Shown: piece after piece, positions 42,229 to 56,616 of the stretch
How the letters are laid out: each line of letters begins with the position of its first letter
Position numbering within the stretch: position 1 is the first letter of the stretch
From: Eledone cirrhosa
Lineage: Eukaryota
NCBI GenBank assembly: GCA_964016885.1
Contig: OZ024748.1
Location: 1,426,001-1,490,000, forward strand
Direction: 5' to 3'
DNA length: 64,000 nt
Position numbers and translations under genes: made by a program
The notes under the pieces: model-generated
Told to the model about the DNA's origin: nothing
Database searches by the model: none
Seen by the model: the letters and a program-made list of their open reading frames with translations, nothing else

Positions 42229-45200
42229 CACGAAGATATAGTGAAACAAAAATACCGGAAGTCCGCTTGTTTACTTACATAAAACCTAGTGATAATATAG
42301 TAAAAGTATCCCACAAGTTAAGAAGAGAGAAAAAGACTAGGGTCTTTACTACCTTAACATAACCGACGTGGAAAAAAATATAAAAATATACATCCACTAC
42401 TTACTTGGAAACATAATCTGGCGGTGCAGTTATACATACGTACATATAACACCCATATACATGTAGGTATGTGTATATATGTGTCTATTTATTTATATAT
42501 ATGTATATACAGTATATGACTCAAAACGTGTTGGGAAGGGGAGATAACTCAAAATGCTTCACATCGCATCACATGACTTCAACCTGACTGGCTAAGGAAA
42601 GAATAGGAAACTTTATTTCGTAACTAACAAAATCAATAAAATGAAAATCATTGTAAAATAAATAAATATAAAAATAAACAAACTAATTAAAGCCCACATC
42701 CCAGTGATACAGCGCCGTTTACTATAGAATAAGCTGACTGATGTGGTTTTTCAAAGCTGTCTATAGGAGCGGCCAGCTCATATTCTGCAGTACAAGTTAT
42801 TCAACGGATTTTTTTTTTCTTTTCCAACAGTTAGTTTCGAAAAACACACACACACATATATATATTTTAAACTATTGAATTATATAATTTCTAATAGAAG
42901 CACAAGGCCACAAATTTGGGTGTTGGTTGATTAAATCGACCCTAATACTCGACTTGTACTTTATTTTATCGACACCGGAAAGGCAAAGTTGACCTAGGGT
43001 GGGATTCGGATTCAGAACGTAAAAAGCCAGAATAAATACCACAAGACATTTTGTCCGATGCTCTAACGATTCTCTCAACTAACGATAATAAAAGAATTTT
43101 TAATTTTTTTTTCCTCGTTTGACAAAAAAAAAAAAAAAAATGGTTTTGTAGTTAAAATTTAAGGATTATTCAACAGTTGTCAAAAACGTATTTAACCATA
43201 TTTTTGTGTGTACAGAAAAATGTCTAATTTTCGAAGGTGAATTTGATACATAAAAATATATTTGAAATTGTGATTAAAGTTATTTTGATTAGCCATTCAA
43301 CGTTTATAATATTTCTTAGCAGTTTACTGTTCGTTTTAAATATATTTTTATCCGAAAAATCAACAGACATGTGAAATTAAAGTGATAACTATGAGAAAGA
43401 AACAAAATCGAAATAGATCCTATGATGTATAGGATGTCCCCCCAAAACGTATACACACTTTGATTACCTGTACGGGCAATATTTATTAGAATGTTGTTGA
43501 ATGCATTTTGGGGAGACAATTCGTGTATATATATATATATATATGTATATATAAGGATTACACTTTTACCAGTATCAATCATTAGACTGCGGCCAAGCTG
43601 GGAAACCACAATGAGGGCATTTAGTCGATTGTATCGACCCGAGGACTTTATTTTTTTTCAATTCTGACACTTATTTCATCGATATCTTTTTGTCGAACCG
43701 CTCAGTTACGCGACATAAACAAACGGTAAACGTAAACACACACGGACACATATATACAAACAAACAAACATAGGACGGTCTTCCAGAGACTGTCTACCAA
43801 ACATCACTCACAAGGCATAATACCTGTAACAGGTGTCATACACTGGGATTGTTTTATAATGTTATTTTAATAGCTGACGTTAACTAAAATGTATCTCTTC
43901 AACGTGACAACTTCTCTCGTGACACGACAATATAATCATATTGAATGAAATACTGAAAGATTGGTAAAATACTGAAAATTATTGTGTACAGTGCTCAGGT
44001 GCACTACAACTCATCAAAGGTGCATGTATAATACATAGAATAATGTAGAATTGGCCAAATATTCCAAAACAACCACTCCTCAATCAACAAAGAAATCCTT
44101 CACATTTACAGCTTGCTTTGTTTCCAACTCTACACAATGGAATGGACCTCCGTCGGTCTCAACGATGAGTATTCCAGTTGTTCGAAAAATACCAGAGAGT
44201 CCTCGCGAAATCGACGTGTAAGTAGCTGAGCATTCCCCTGACAAACTTACTTCATCAATCTCTTTTTGTCAAACCATTAAGTTACAAGATATAAACACAG
44301 AAAGAGAGAGAGAGTAAAGACCCTCTTCAGTCATGAATCACCATGAGATTTGTACCTAGAAAGTTCCCCTCCAAGGTACAAGTTTGATCAAGGTTGTCAC
44401 CCATGTATACCGGTTTCCCCTCTCCATGCCATTAATGTTGTCCAAAGGAAAAAGGAAGGACTGATACAATTTGGCATCAGTGGTGTCGTGACTCATTTCT
44501 ACAACTGAGTATACTGGAGTAAGATGAAATAAAGTGTCTTGCTTATATTTCTTCCATAAGATAATGAGATAAATTACGTGAATATTCCTTCTTTTACAAA
44601 TATGTAAGCGTTGTAATAGGTTAAGAGAAAATTACTTTTCATTAAGTTAAGTTTATTTAATGTAAAATAAATTTTGTCACAGAAAATGACAGAGGTAGAA
44701 TGTGTGTGTATCATCCCTGTCTAACATCCATTTTTCTACGCTAGCATGGGTTAGACGAGTTGTCCTGTTGTGAGAAATGCCAGGTCAGGTGACCATGCCT
44801 TGCTCATACAGAACTGCTTCTGGTTTGGTTTCTATGAATGGATGCCCTTCCTAATGCCAACCACATTTACAGTGTGGGCTGGGTGCTTCTTGTGGCACCT
44901 ACACGACCACTTTACAGTGTGGGCTGGGTGCTTTTTGTTGTGACACCAAGTACAGCAAATTGCCCATGGGGTGTGTTTATGTTTGTGTGTGTTTGCATGT
45001 ATTTTCATAAAGCTTCTTTCAAATAAAAACATTTAGGAATTTAAAATATGGAAATCATTTACAAACTTTTTTTTAAAATCTTATACATTTTCAAAGTCTT
45101 TTACAATGGCTAAAGTCGAGGGGATAAGAAATACATATATATATATATATATATATATAGGTAGAAGTTCTATTTAAATTGTTGGGATACAACAAGCAAA

Positions 45201-45344
45201 TATTTTTATAACTGATATAAAGCACTCAACAAATTATTGGAATGCAACCATTTCTGTTGGAAGCTCTATCCGGGAGCTTCCAACAGAAATGGTCACATTC
45301 TTTAAGGGTATGTCAATATTTATTTATAAAACTGATCTATATTA

Positions 45345-45409
45345 TATTTTATCTGATGAAAGCACACCATAATTTAACTTGGTGACCTTGAAATACGTAT
45401 AATGAAATA
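45345..45409 (+). ncRNA. minimal type-I hammerhead motif, same family as 40021
   Basis: TATTTTAT-CTGATGA-AAGCACACCA...TGGTGACCTT-GAAA-TACGTA-TA-ATGAAATA. Confidence 0.65.
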
Positions 45410-46988
45410 AATATTGTTCCATTTGTTAATATATCGTATATATATATTTATATATTGTTCTATGCACAAATACACATATATATATATACAGCATATAAAA
45501 TACATCAATTGAGAGCAAAGCTATGTCATTGCAAGCAAGCAAATTATGTTAATAATTTGAAAAATAATAGCAAAACAAATAATAAAAGTGATGGTAATGA
45601 TGATGGCGGTAGTGGTGGTGGTGGCAATGGTGGCAGTGATATTATGTACTTTGGAACAAACTATTAGTTTCTTACATGTGACATGACAGTGTGTGAAAGA
45701 AAGGGAGAGAGAGAGGGCAATAAAAAGAGAGAAAGCTAGAATTTAAACTTTTAATTTTTTTCGGTAATTATGAAGAAATTTACCTCAGATAAAAATAATG
45801 ACAGTCACCCCCACATAGCCCTTACACTAAGCCTAGTCCTCCATACTCAGAGCATCATCCACACGGTTACCCACACTGCTGTTTCTGGTACTCATTTTTC
45901 TAGCTGAATGGACTTAAACAACGTGGAATGAAGTGACTTGCTCAAAGACACATTGCACCACCTGATCTGGGGTTTAAAACCAGGTCCTCACAATCCCGAA
46001 ACTAACAAGCTAACCACACGGCCATGTGTGTCTTCATCGTACACTAGTTATCCTCACAAACATACCTGCCAATCTTACCAGTCTTGTGTTCTTGGTGGTG
46101 ACACAGTTTAGTACCGGATGTCACTGACGTTCCATCAGGATAAATATTTCACAATACAGTGAAATTCCGTTATAACGAAATTCACGGAGTATAAAGAAAA
46201 ATTCTTTATAATGAGACCGACCGAAACAAATCGAGCGTTTGTTTGTTATTAACTTGGGGACTGAAAACAATTTTGTTATGGTATTCATTATAATGGAATT
46301 TTACCTGTATTAGTTTATTTCCAAATGTCACTGCCGTTTGAGTGAATTTAGTTTGATACACATTTGAACAATGAAAGCATGTGGCTTCGTGGTTAGGCTG
46401 TTGATTTCACAATCCTACTGTTGCAAGTTCGAAACTACCCTCTGGCCTATATATATTATGCTTGAATACCTTGCAGTCCTTTCATTTACAGGGACACCAG
46501 AAAATGATCTATGACCTCAAGGAATCTTGACTTTTATGCTTTTCATTACATGTGTGTATCAAGTATATAAAGCTAATATTTTAAACACATGTAAGCCCAC
46601 ACATGTACATGTACACAAATGCAAATACATATATGCAAACACTTACACACAAACAACTATGCACAAGTGCCACGTTTACACACAGACATCTACACACGCA
46701 CGTGTGTATATACGTAAATACCTATGCATGCACACATGCATGACAACAACCTAAAAGGTTCACAGGCAGTGTTTAAACACACTAAACTAGGAAACATAAA
46801 CCAGAGAAGAGAATTAAACATTGAGGGTAGAAGTTCTAGACAACTGGAACTTAGAAACACTTGATGGTGGGAGGGCTGACAACTTGTTAACAGTGAAATA
46901 AATCTACTCAACTAAGAAATACTATATAAACCAGAGCAGGTGTATGGATGGTGGGTATGTGGGTTCTAAACACAGAATCAGAACTTAC

Positions 46989-47075
46989 AACAGTAGATGG
47001 TGGTGGGCTCACATTTGTCTTGCTCGAAGAAGTAATTCCATTATATGTACGTACTTTATGGCCATGTTTCTCTCG
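46989..47075 (-). CDS. HGS: HGS exon (low-conservation linker)
   Basis: 87 nt, tttccag|...|gtaagt, open phase 0/0, REKHGHKVRTYNGITSSSKTNVSPPPSTV. Confidence 0.75.
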
Positions 47076-48870
47076 CTGGAAAGTAAAAACCAACATCACA
47101 ACAAATAATGCACTGCAATCCTACCCCCACCCCCACCTCCACATACACACCTCTGGCCCACCAACTCTATCCGGAGAGTCATAAGATCAAATCTGATGTC
47201 TTGATGTATCACATGCAAATTATATTATTATTATAATAATAAATATTATTGTTATTATAAATATTATTGTTATTGAGAATAATAATGACAATGTAGTTTT
47301 TGTCTTTCTTTTCATTGCTTCTATTAATAAGTTCTATTTTCAGGATTGAGTGAGTCTGTGTGTATCTGGTATAGAAATAGGTACACTGTATCCCTGTGTG
47401 ACCAACCTGCATGGTGAAAAGCCACATCATACACGAGGTGCCTCTGATATAACTATCATAGGATAGACTTGCAGAACACGTCGGATCTAGAGGAGTAAAC
47501 CTCAATAAAAATCTTATTTATCTCATAGTAAGCAGTAGCTCATGCGATAATCACCAGTTTAATAAGATGACCTTAGTGTCACGAACACCAGTGGTTTCGT
47601 AGATGATCGACTATTAATTTAACAATGGGGTGGCACAACTACTCCAGAAACCTACAAGTATGCAGGTGTGACGAGCCACATATATTCTAGCCATTAACAC
47701 TAACCAATTTGCTAATCATTCTATTCTATTTTGTTTGAAACCCTTTCATTATTATATTTCTAATCACGTATTTAGAAATATCACTTTTCTATTTAGAAAA
47801 TAAATTTCTACACCTTACCCACCAGTATTGAGTACTCATTTAGTTAACGCTTGAATGCTTTAAATACTATGTTAATTTAAACACATTCTATGATGTTAAG
47901 TTAAATAGTTAGCTGTTAAATAGTTAGCTATTAAAATGATAACCATTAAAATATTAGCCATTAAAATGATCGTGTGATTTTGTCTCAGAGTACCAGAGAT
48001 GGTTTAAGACGGACTGATATCAAAAGGTTTAAGAGAGATCTAATTGCTATTTTTAGCAGGTGAAATGACCATTTAGGGGTTCCTTAATTGACCCTGCAGT
48101 ATCTGTATGGATATGTAAACTATATTTCAAGGGAAAGGAGGCAATACTGAAATAAAATGTAAAAAGCTGACAAAATAGAAACAAGAAAAACTAAAAGACA
48201 AAAAGGTTCACATCAAAATTGTTAAATTGAAAAGGCCAACATGTGTGTTGTGTGGTGTGAGTGTAGGGTGTGAGTGTGTGGTGTGGTGTGAGTGTGTGGT
48301 GTGGTGTGAGTGTGTGGTGGGTGGTGTGTGTGTCATGTGTTGGGAGTGTGTCTGTGTATCTTGCGTGTGTGTTGTGTGTGCATCATGCATGTGTGTTGTC
48401 AATGTGTGTGTGACATGTCGTATGTGTGTTTGTGTGTGTCACATCATGTGTGTCATGCAGTCAAATGCTACTCCCCATCACTACCACCACAGTACTATAT
48501 ATTCAAAGGCTGTGTGTATCAATATATGTGTAAGTACACCCCACAATAAGCTTCACACAACAACACACACCATCACATACACACCAACACCAACACCACA
48601 GCACACACACACACCAACACCACAGCATACACAACATGTAGGCCATTGTTATTAAGCTGTGCAAAAACCAAGCAGAAGCTGAATGATACTTCAAAGGTCA
48701 AACAGAATCAGATCAATGAGAGAACCCAGGACCCTTGAAATCTGGGACCCTGGTAACCAGAAACCCCAGAAATAAGAATTCCGGAAACCAAGAACCCCAG
48801 AAACCAGGAACCCCAGAAACCAGAAATCCAGGCACCAAGGATCCAGAAGCCAGGAACAAAATGTACCTAC

Positions 48871-48969
48871 CTCTTTCTCTTTACTTTCATGTTCACTTTT
48901 TGACAATGCTAATGCCAGTTGTAACTCCTCCTCTTCTTGGATTTCCTGTTCACTCTTTGAAGGGGGAAG
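48871..48969 (-). CDS. HGS: HGS exon (ubiquitin-interacting motif)
   Basis: 99 nt, LPPSKSEQEIQEEEELQLALALSKSEHESKEKE (QEEEELQLALALS UIM). Confidence 0.96.
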
Positions 48970-49849
48970 CTGCAAAAGTAGAAGGACCCCCTATAATTTT
49001 ATTTGAATTCACACATACAAAGAGAACATCAGAAACCATGTGTACATCAATGGTTCCAAGACTCATCAGCAAGTTGTTTATAAAACAACTTGCTGATTTA
49101 TAAACAAGAGGTTGTGTTCCATTCATGGAATCTGTGAAAATTCTGTAATGCTCACCATCATCTCTCAAAAAAATTAAAACTGTTTCCCTCTAAAACTGTG
49201 GTACTAAGCCTTATCTAGTAATGGAACCCTTATACGATTTAACAAAAAAAAAAAAATTGCTCTACATGGTTACTTTATCTTCAATAAATATCAGCTAGAC
49301 TCCCCTCATATGATACCCTACTGTCTTAAAAAAGGACATAATACATCATTTAGTCTAAGTGTCTGCTTGATAAAGGCTGACCTGTGGCTCAACAACCACA
49401 CACACATCACATCCTGTTATCTTTAAAAAGTCAAGGACACTAATGCCTTTCAAAAACATGAATTAAAAATAACAGGGCAGTTACAACTGGAATATATTGG
49501 ATAATAGGTCCACTGGATAAAGGAATAGTTAAAGTTAAAATCTGTTCCAAGCCCAGAGTCTCACCAGGCTAGGGATTATCCTAGTTTCATTGCTGCTAAG
49601 TGAGAGTACAACACTCTTCTCTGGATAAGGCACCAGTCTATCACAGGGTTAGCTCCCAACTAATGCAGGTTCTTTTTTTTTTCTTTTTTTCATCTAAGTG
49701 GACTAGAGGAATATGAAATGTTTTCCTCAAGCACACAATGTGCCACAGTTCTGGGAACCGAACCCATAACTTTACAATCATGGACCCAACGCCATAACTG
49801 TCCTTGTTCTTGTTCTTCCACTTATTTCTAGGAGGATCATGGAGTCAGA

Positions 49850-50110
49850 GTCTTCAAACACACTTCTAGAGGGTCCAATCAAAAACAAACATCTCTAAAT
49901 GATATGGCTGGATCTCCAAGAGAGATCAAATCCAGCTCAAGGGTGTTATCCAACCATCCTGCCCCTGGTCTACTACTGGTTTTCCTCTCGGTTGGCTTTG
50001 CATGCAAAATCTGTCTAGTGATTCTTTCCTTAGACATTCTAACTATATGCTCATAATAGCAGAACTGTGATCCCTCAATTCTCTGAGCTACGCACCCCAT
50101 CAAGTAACCC
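49850..50110 (-). mobile_element. decayed RTE-like LINE fragment
   Basis: HIVRMSKERITRQILHAKP...RPGAGWLD resembles an RTE C-terminus; a related remnant lies at about 60330-60515. Confidence 0.6.
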
Positions 50111-50830
50111 CAATTCAACCACTTCATCATATGAAAGCTGCCAAGTCAAAACAAGCTGTCCAAAAAAGCTTAAAAAAGAAAAGAAAAGAAAAAAAAACTA
50201 AAAACTAGTATTAAAGAAAGAAAAGCAATCTAAAGCATATTAAAAGAGCTGAGTAACTACTCTCAGGCGCCAAATAATGGGGGGGGGGGGGTAAGTGGGC
50301 GGCTGGACATTTGCTTAAAACTTTATAAGAATTGGTAATTGTATAGTGTATGTTCTTAAATATGGGATTTCTTGTAATGTTCTTTTTTTTTGCCATATAT
50401 GTTTTTTTTTTATGTAAAATAAAATTATTATTAATAGATTCTCCAACTGTAGTATCAATATGAATCACTTAAAATAAAATTTCACCAGACACAGATAGCG
50501 GTATGGGGAGGGGGATTATTCAAGACCTGAGAGTATATATATATATACATATATATATATGTATATATATGTCTACAAGCAACAGCTATATTATTACATC
50601 ATGCTTTAAATACACTGACAAACAAAACAGACGAGGGAGAGGAAAAACCCCACAGAAACACAAGAAGACCCTGTATAGAAAGTATTAACATTAGTCTGTG
50701 AGATGCAGGAAAGCAGGCAAGCAGCTAAACAAATGATCTATGAATATATATATATATATATATATATACATGGTGCTGTTTTAAATAAACATGTTTTAAC
50801 GGTCTATTCTCCGATTTTTTACTTTCCCAC

Positions 50831-50870
<40 letters not shown>

Positions 50871-51452
50871 GCTTCCTGTCCACACTGTAAATGTGGTTGT
50901 TGTTAGGAAGGGCATCCAGCCGTAGAAAACCTGCCAGATAGTCCTATACGAGCGAGACACGGTCATCCGATCAATCTTGCCTCAAGTGGGACAATTCCCG
51001 TCTAACCCATACTAGCATGTAAGATAGACGTTAAACGATGATGATGATATATATATATATACATAGCTACCAGGTGAATTCTCACCTGATAGCTATATTA
51101 TTTTATGTATTTAAAATCAAATTTCACAAATGTCGATTGATTATTGATGATAGCAATTTCAAGACAAGAATCAGTTGCTAATCAGTTGAAACATATGTTA
51201 ATGCTTATGTGTTAATCCCCTTTTTACCTGTTATTACTACTCCAAGAACTACTGATCATGGAACTTTCAGAAATCTACCCTCCAAGAAACATAACTAAGT
51301 AATATCTTGTAGAGTCAACTACCGTACGCTGAAATATTCCTCGGTACAGATTACTCGTAACCTGAGCTAAGGTAACCCAAAATGATATCCCGTTCACTTT
51401 TATATATATATTTTCTTACCTCCCTATTACTACTATACATACATATACAAAC

Positions 51453-51486
<34 letters not shown>

Positions 51487-51494
51487 TATATATA

Positions 51495-51672
51495 TACTGT
51501 ATTTCTGGCACCGAAGACACTGCGTCCTCAAGAGCGCACACAAATTTTGACAACCAAAACTTTAAAAAAACAAAAAAATAATAAACAACCTTCGGCCTCC
51601 AGGACGCATGGTAGATTTTTTTAGACATAATTTAGGAAAAAAGTAGCATCTTCAACGCCAGGAAATACAGTA
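51495..51672. mobile_element. TA-flanked DNA-transposon MITE
   Basis: TACTGTATTTCTGGC ... GCCAGGAAATACAGTA. Confidence 0.65.
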
Positions 51673-52062
51673 TATATTATGTTGGAATTTATCTATGTGA
51701 TTGCGTCATGAAATGCAACACAAATTGATATGTGATGTAGCCCATCCAACATTCTGATAATATACAAAAGGTGTTCATATTATCAGAGAGAGGGACATCT
51801 AAATTGATTTTGAATAAGCTGGGGACAGAATGCAGAGGCAGCATGGAGAATTTGAACAGGAATTTACAACAATAAACTGAGGAAAATACACAAATATATA
51901 TTTTACATTTTCTCAAGCACCAACAAGCTGACTATTATTATTATAAAGAAGCAAGCAATAAATAACAACAACAACAAAAGACTTCTCATATGATCGTAAT
52001 AGTAATAATAATTATTATTATAAGAGATAAAAAATAGTTGAAAAAAAATAAGGTCTGCTTAC

Positions 52063-52086
52063 ATTTTCCTGACCTCTTGTTGCTTT
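52063..52086 (-). CDS. HGS: candidate 24-nt in-frame HGS microexon (KATRGQEN)
   Basis: Long pyrimidine tract + cacacag|AAAGCAACAAGAGGTCAGGAAAAT|gtaagc; phase 0/0 inside a phase-0 intron. Confidence 0.5.
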
Positions 52087-52208
52087 CTGTGTGAGCAGAT
52101 AAAGATAGGGATAGACAGATAGAGAAGGGGATTAAGGGACAAATTTCAGGATATTGGTGGAAGTATATGTAAACAAAAGGTAGTTCAGGAGTTCAATGTA
52201 TATATGCA

Positions 52209-52250
<42 letters not shown>

Positions 52251-53148
52251 ACTCACATTAGCATGGAAGACATGTAAAATGGTGATGATGATTATATATA
52301 TATATATATATATAAAATGGTGGTGATGATTATATATATATATATATATATATATATAATGGTGGTGGCTTATATATATGTGATATTCATTAGTCCAAGA
52401 ATAAGGTTTTAAATGGGTACTCAATAAATATTAATGGGTTTAAACAATAGAGAATATTTGAATATATATATATTCAAGGGATTTTTTTGTAAGGGTTTAC
52501 AATGATAATGTGTGCGTGTGTGTTTGCATGTGTGTGTGCATGTGTCTAGTGGTATGGCAGAGGTGAACAGTGAGGAAATGTTTAATGACGTGATACAGCC
52601 AGTCACACACACGACCACATACATACATACATACAAACATACATACACACAAACAGGACTGACAACCCACCAAACTACCAAAATGTGCAGTTCAAACAAA
52701 GGATGAATAAATTAAGTCCAACTGCTGACACTGTTGCTATTGGCAACCAGCATCAGTTCTAATCAGAAGCTGAAGAGGATTAAAAACAACAAAAACAACA
52801 ACAACAATATGGAGTTATTTGAAATCAATATTCTGTTAACCCCTAATGGTATTTAGCTGTCATCATGGCTGACAGCTATTCCTCTCTTTCATTAGCTATG
52901 ACTGTGTGGTTACAATTCCTGCTTAACAGTCAAACAGTTCCAGGTTCCATCCCACCCATGCTAGCATGGAAGATGGACGTTAAACGATGATGATGATGAT
53001 GCACAGCACCTCAGGCAACTGCCTTCTACTTTATCGGATGGCCGCCATGATGTATTGTGAGTGAAATCTGTTAGACGAAAACTGCTGGCGTGTGTGTATA
53101 AATAAATATATATATATAATCCAGCTTTCTCATTGAAATGAGTATATA

Positions 53149-53583
<435 letters not shown>

Positions 53584-53609
53584 TATATATGTGTGTGTGT
53601 GTGTGTGAA

Positions 53610-53997
53610 GGCACATGGGTTAGTGGTTAGAGCATTGGGCTTGCAATCGAAAGGTTGTGAGTTCAATTCTCAGACCGGGAGATGTGTTGTTTCCTTGAGC
53701 AAGACACTTTATTTCACATTGCTCCAGTTTACTCAGCTGTAGAAATGAGATGATAGGGACTGGGGTCCCTATCATTCCACTGCAAAGTGGACGTGTAGGC
53801 GCCATGGAAAAAAAGCACCCAGCACTCACTGTAAATGAGGTTGGTGTTAGGAAGGGTATCCGGCTGTAGAAATCAAGCCAGATTCAGTTCCCGTATGAGC
53901 AAGACAAGATCAGCCGACCGGACACTGCCCACAACAGGACAACCCGTCTAACCCATGCTAGCATGGAAGAACGGACGTAAAACGGTGATGATGATGA
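53610..53997 (+). mobile_element. tRNA-derived SINE family A (full length)
   Basis: A-box TAGTGGTTAGAGC, B-box GAGTTCAATTCTC, body CCTTGAGCAAGACACTTTATTTCAC, RTE-like tail GGACGTAAAACGG(TGA)n. Confidence 0.9.
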
Positions 53998-54072
53998 TAT
54001 ATATACACACACACACATCCTTGCTAGCAGGGAAAACAAACACTAAATAGGCCTTAAACTGATGATGATATC

Positions 54073-54440
54073 TATTATATTAGAGAGAGAGGTATATGCC
54101 ATCGTCACCATCCTTTTTACGCCACCTTTTTCCCTGCTTGCATGGGTTGGACTGGTCTTTTCCAATACAACTTCCCTCCACTTGTTGCATTCTTTCATTG
54201 TCACATCTGCCAGGTTCAGCATTTTGTGATCCACTATCACCACCCTCTGTCCGAGTCTTTGGGCTTCCTCTACTGCAGTCCACTTCCACTCTGATCTTCC
54301 GACACTTCACCCAGTGATCATCATCCCCACACATCACATGTGCATACCAGCACAGTCTCCTTTCTTCTACTTGCACACTACATCTGATTCCTCTTATACC
54401 CAGTTTCTCTTTCAGCTCATCCATGCTTCGCTGTTCATGC
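54073..54440 (-). mobile_element. decayed RTE LINE 3' fragment related to 33793 element
   Basis: ELKEKLGIRGIRCSVQVEERRLCWYAHVM; shared tail CCCATGCAAGCAGGGAAAA... Confidence 0.8.
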
Positions 54441-54466
54441 ACAATAATATCACACCATCCATTGGA

Positions 54467-54517
<51 letters not shown>

Positions 54518-54520
<3 letters not shown>

Positions 54521-54853
54521 TCATCATCATTTTACATCCGCTTTTCCCTGCTTGCAAGGGTGGGACGGGAACTGATTCTGGCTTGATTTCTACAGCTGGA
54601 TGCCCTTCCTAACACCAACCTCATTTACAGTGAGTGCTGGGTGCTTTTTTGCCGTGGCACCTCCACGACCACTTTGCAGTGGAATGACAGGGACCCCAGT
54701 CCTATCATCTCATTTCTACAGCTGAGTAAACTGGAGCAATGTGAAATAAAGTGTCTTGCTCAAGGAAACAAACAATACATCACCCAGTCTGAGAATTGAA
54801 CTCACAACCTTTCAATTGCAAGGCCAATGCTCTAACCACTAAGCCATGTGCCT
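54518..54853 (-). mobile_element. SINE family A copy
   Basis: Near-identical to 53263-53583. Confidence 0.9.
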
Positions 54854-55163
54854 ACATATATATATATTTATATATATATATATGTCATGGGCATTTTAAC
54901 ACTTGGTGGAGCCAATTGCTCTCCACATCGGAATGTAGCTGATTTCAGAGGGGGGGGGGGGGTTGCCCCAAGTTCTGAACTGGTTCTGTATCGGCCTCAA
55001 AAGGATGAAAAGCAAAGTTGACCTCAGCGGGACTTGAACTCCAGGCGCAGTAAGTCAGAACAAATACCAAGGTCTTTTTAATCAGACACCCTTAATGACT
55101 ACCAAAATACACCACCTGACTTAATATCAAGAAAGTTTACATAAAACTTGTATAGTTGTTTAC

Positions 55164-55236
55164 CTGCGACTGTTTAGAAAGTGTACTGGCTAAATACTCA
55201 GAAAGCAGAGGGTCTGAATCAGATGTTTTCTTATCT
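55164..55236 (-). CDS. HGS: HGS exon (FYVE-UIM linker)
   Basis: 73 nt, DKKTSDSDPLLSEYLASTLSKQSQ, resembling the HGS EYLxSxLSxQSQ linker; phases 2/0 fit. Confidence 0.88.
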
Positions 55237-55367
55237 CTGAAATAAATAAAAAGAAAGGATATAAACATCTCTATCTAAACAGACTACTAGTCATCGTCGC
55301 TGCTACCACTGCCACCACCGTCATAGCAACAGCACTATCATTTTACAGGGTGGGTTAGGTGGTTTTT

Positions 55368-55990
55368 GTCATGGCACCAACACTACCACCTTACAGGGTG
55401 GACTGTGAGCATTTTGTCATGGCACCAGCACTACCACCTTACAGGGTGGACTGTGAGCATTTTGTCATGGCACCAGCACTACCACCTTACAGGGTGGACT
55501 GTGAACATTTTGTCATGGCACCAGCACTACCACCTTACAGGGTGGACTGTGAGCATTTTGTCATGGCACCAGCACTACCACCTTACAGGGTGGACTGTGA
55601 GCATTTTGTCATGGCACCAGCACTACCACCTTACAGAGTGGACTGTGAGCATTTTGTCATGGCACCAGCACTACCACCTTACAGGGTGGACTGTGAGCAT
55701 TTTGTCATGGCACCAGCACTACCACCTTACAGGGTGGACTGTGAGCATTTTGTCATGGCACCAGCACTACCACCTTACAGAGTGGACTGTGAGCATTTTG
55801 TCATGGCACCAGCACTACCACCTTACAGGGTGGACTGTGAACATTTTGTCATGGCACCAGCACTACCACCTTACAGGGTGGACTGTGAGCATTTTGTCAT
55901 GGCACCAGCACTACCACCTTACAGGGTGGACTGTGAGCATTTTGTCATGGCACCAGCACTACCACCTTACAGGGTGGACTGTGAACATTT
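55368..55990. repeat. 48-nt minisatellite, about 13 near-identical copies
   Basis: Unit ATTTTGTCATGGCACCAGCACTACCACCTTACAGGGTGGACTGTGAGC. Confidence 0.95.
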
Positions 55991-56494
55991 CAACATAGCT
56001 AAAAAATATAGATTGAAGAAGGGGAAATAATTCAAATAAGATGCCACTAACAGGGCTGACACCAGGAAGAGCAGCTGACCATTTAACATAGACACAAAAA
56101 AGGTCACATGGTGAGTATAAAGACTCATGGGGGTCATGTAAAGCTGACCCCTACTCTAGCAATGAAAATTACTTTAAAACCCTCAATGTACCAGGAAAAT
56201 ATGTAGCTGATCTCTCAGACTCTCAGCACTGAGAATATAAAGTTATTATAAAGAATAGAGACGCTATAAAATAGCTTATAACATGGGGACCTTTTAAGGG
56301 TTTTCCCCTTATTTCATAAGCTAATTTATAGCATCTCCACACATAAGCACATCATTCTTTATATTAACTCAATATGCCGTTGTACTCCATTAATTTTCAT
56401 TCACATCCACATCCACCATAGGGGTTTAGAATCCATGAGATCAGCAAAAAGTTAAAAAACAAATAAATAAAAGTAATAGAGTGATATGACTTAC

Positions 56495-56616
56495 CTGAGT
56501 TTATCGAAGCAAGAATCACAGACACGCACCTCACGTTCTATCCCAAAGCGAGGAATGGTTGAGACTTTTGAAGAACATTTACTACACATTACTTCTCCAC
56601 AGTTGCGGCAATGGTG
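56495..56616 (-). CDS. HGS: HGS exon (FYVE core)
   Basis: 122 nt, [40 protein letters not shown]; RKHHCR (completed across the junction) and RVC motifs. Confidence 0.97.

Noticed and set aside
53610-53680. tRNA gene
   Set aside because: tRNA-like head has an imperfect cloverleaf and continues into SINE body; multiple dispersed copies
55359-56030. 223-aa and 210-aa repeat ORFs
   Set aside because: By-product of a 48-nt (multiple of 3) minisatellite related to a SINE/LINE internal unit
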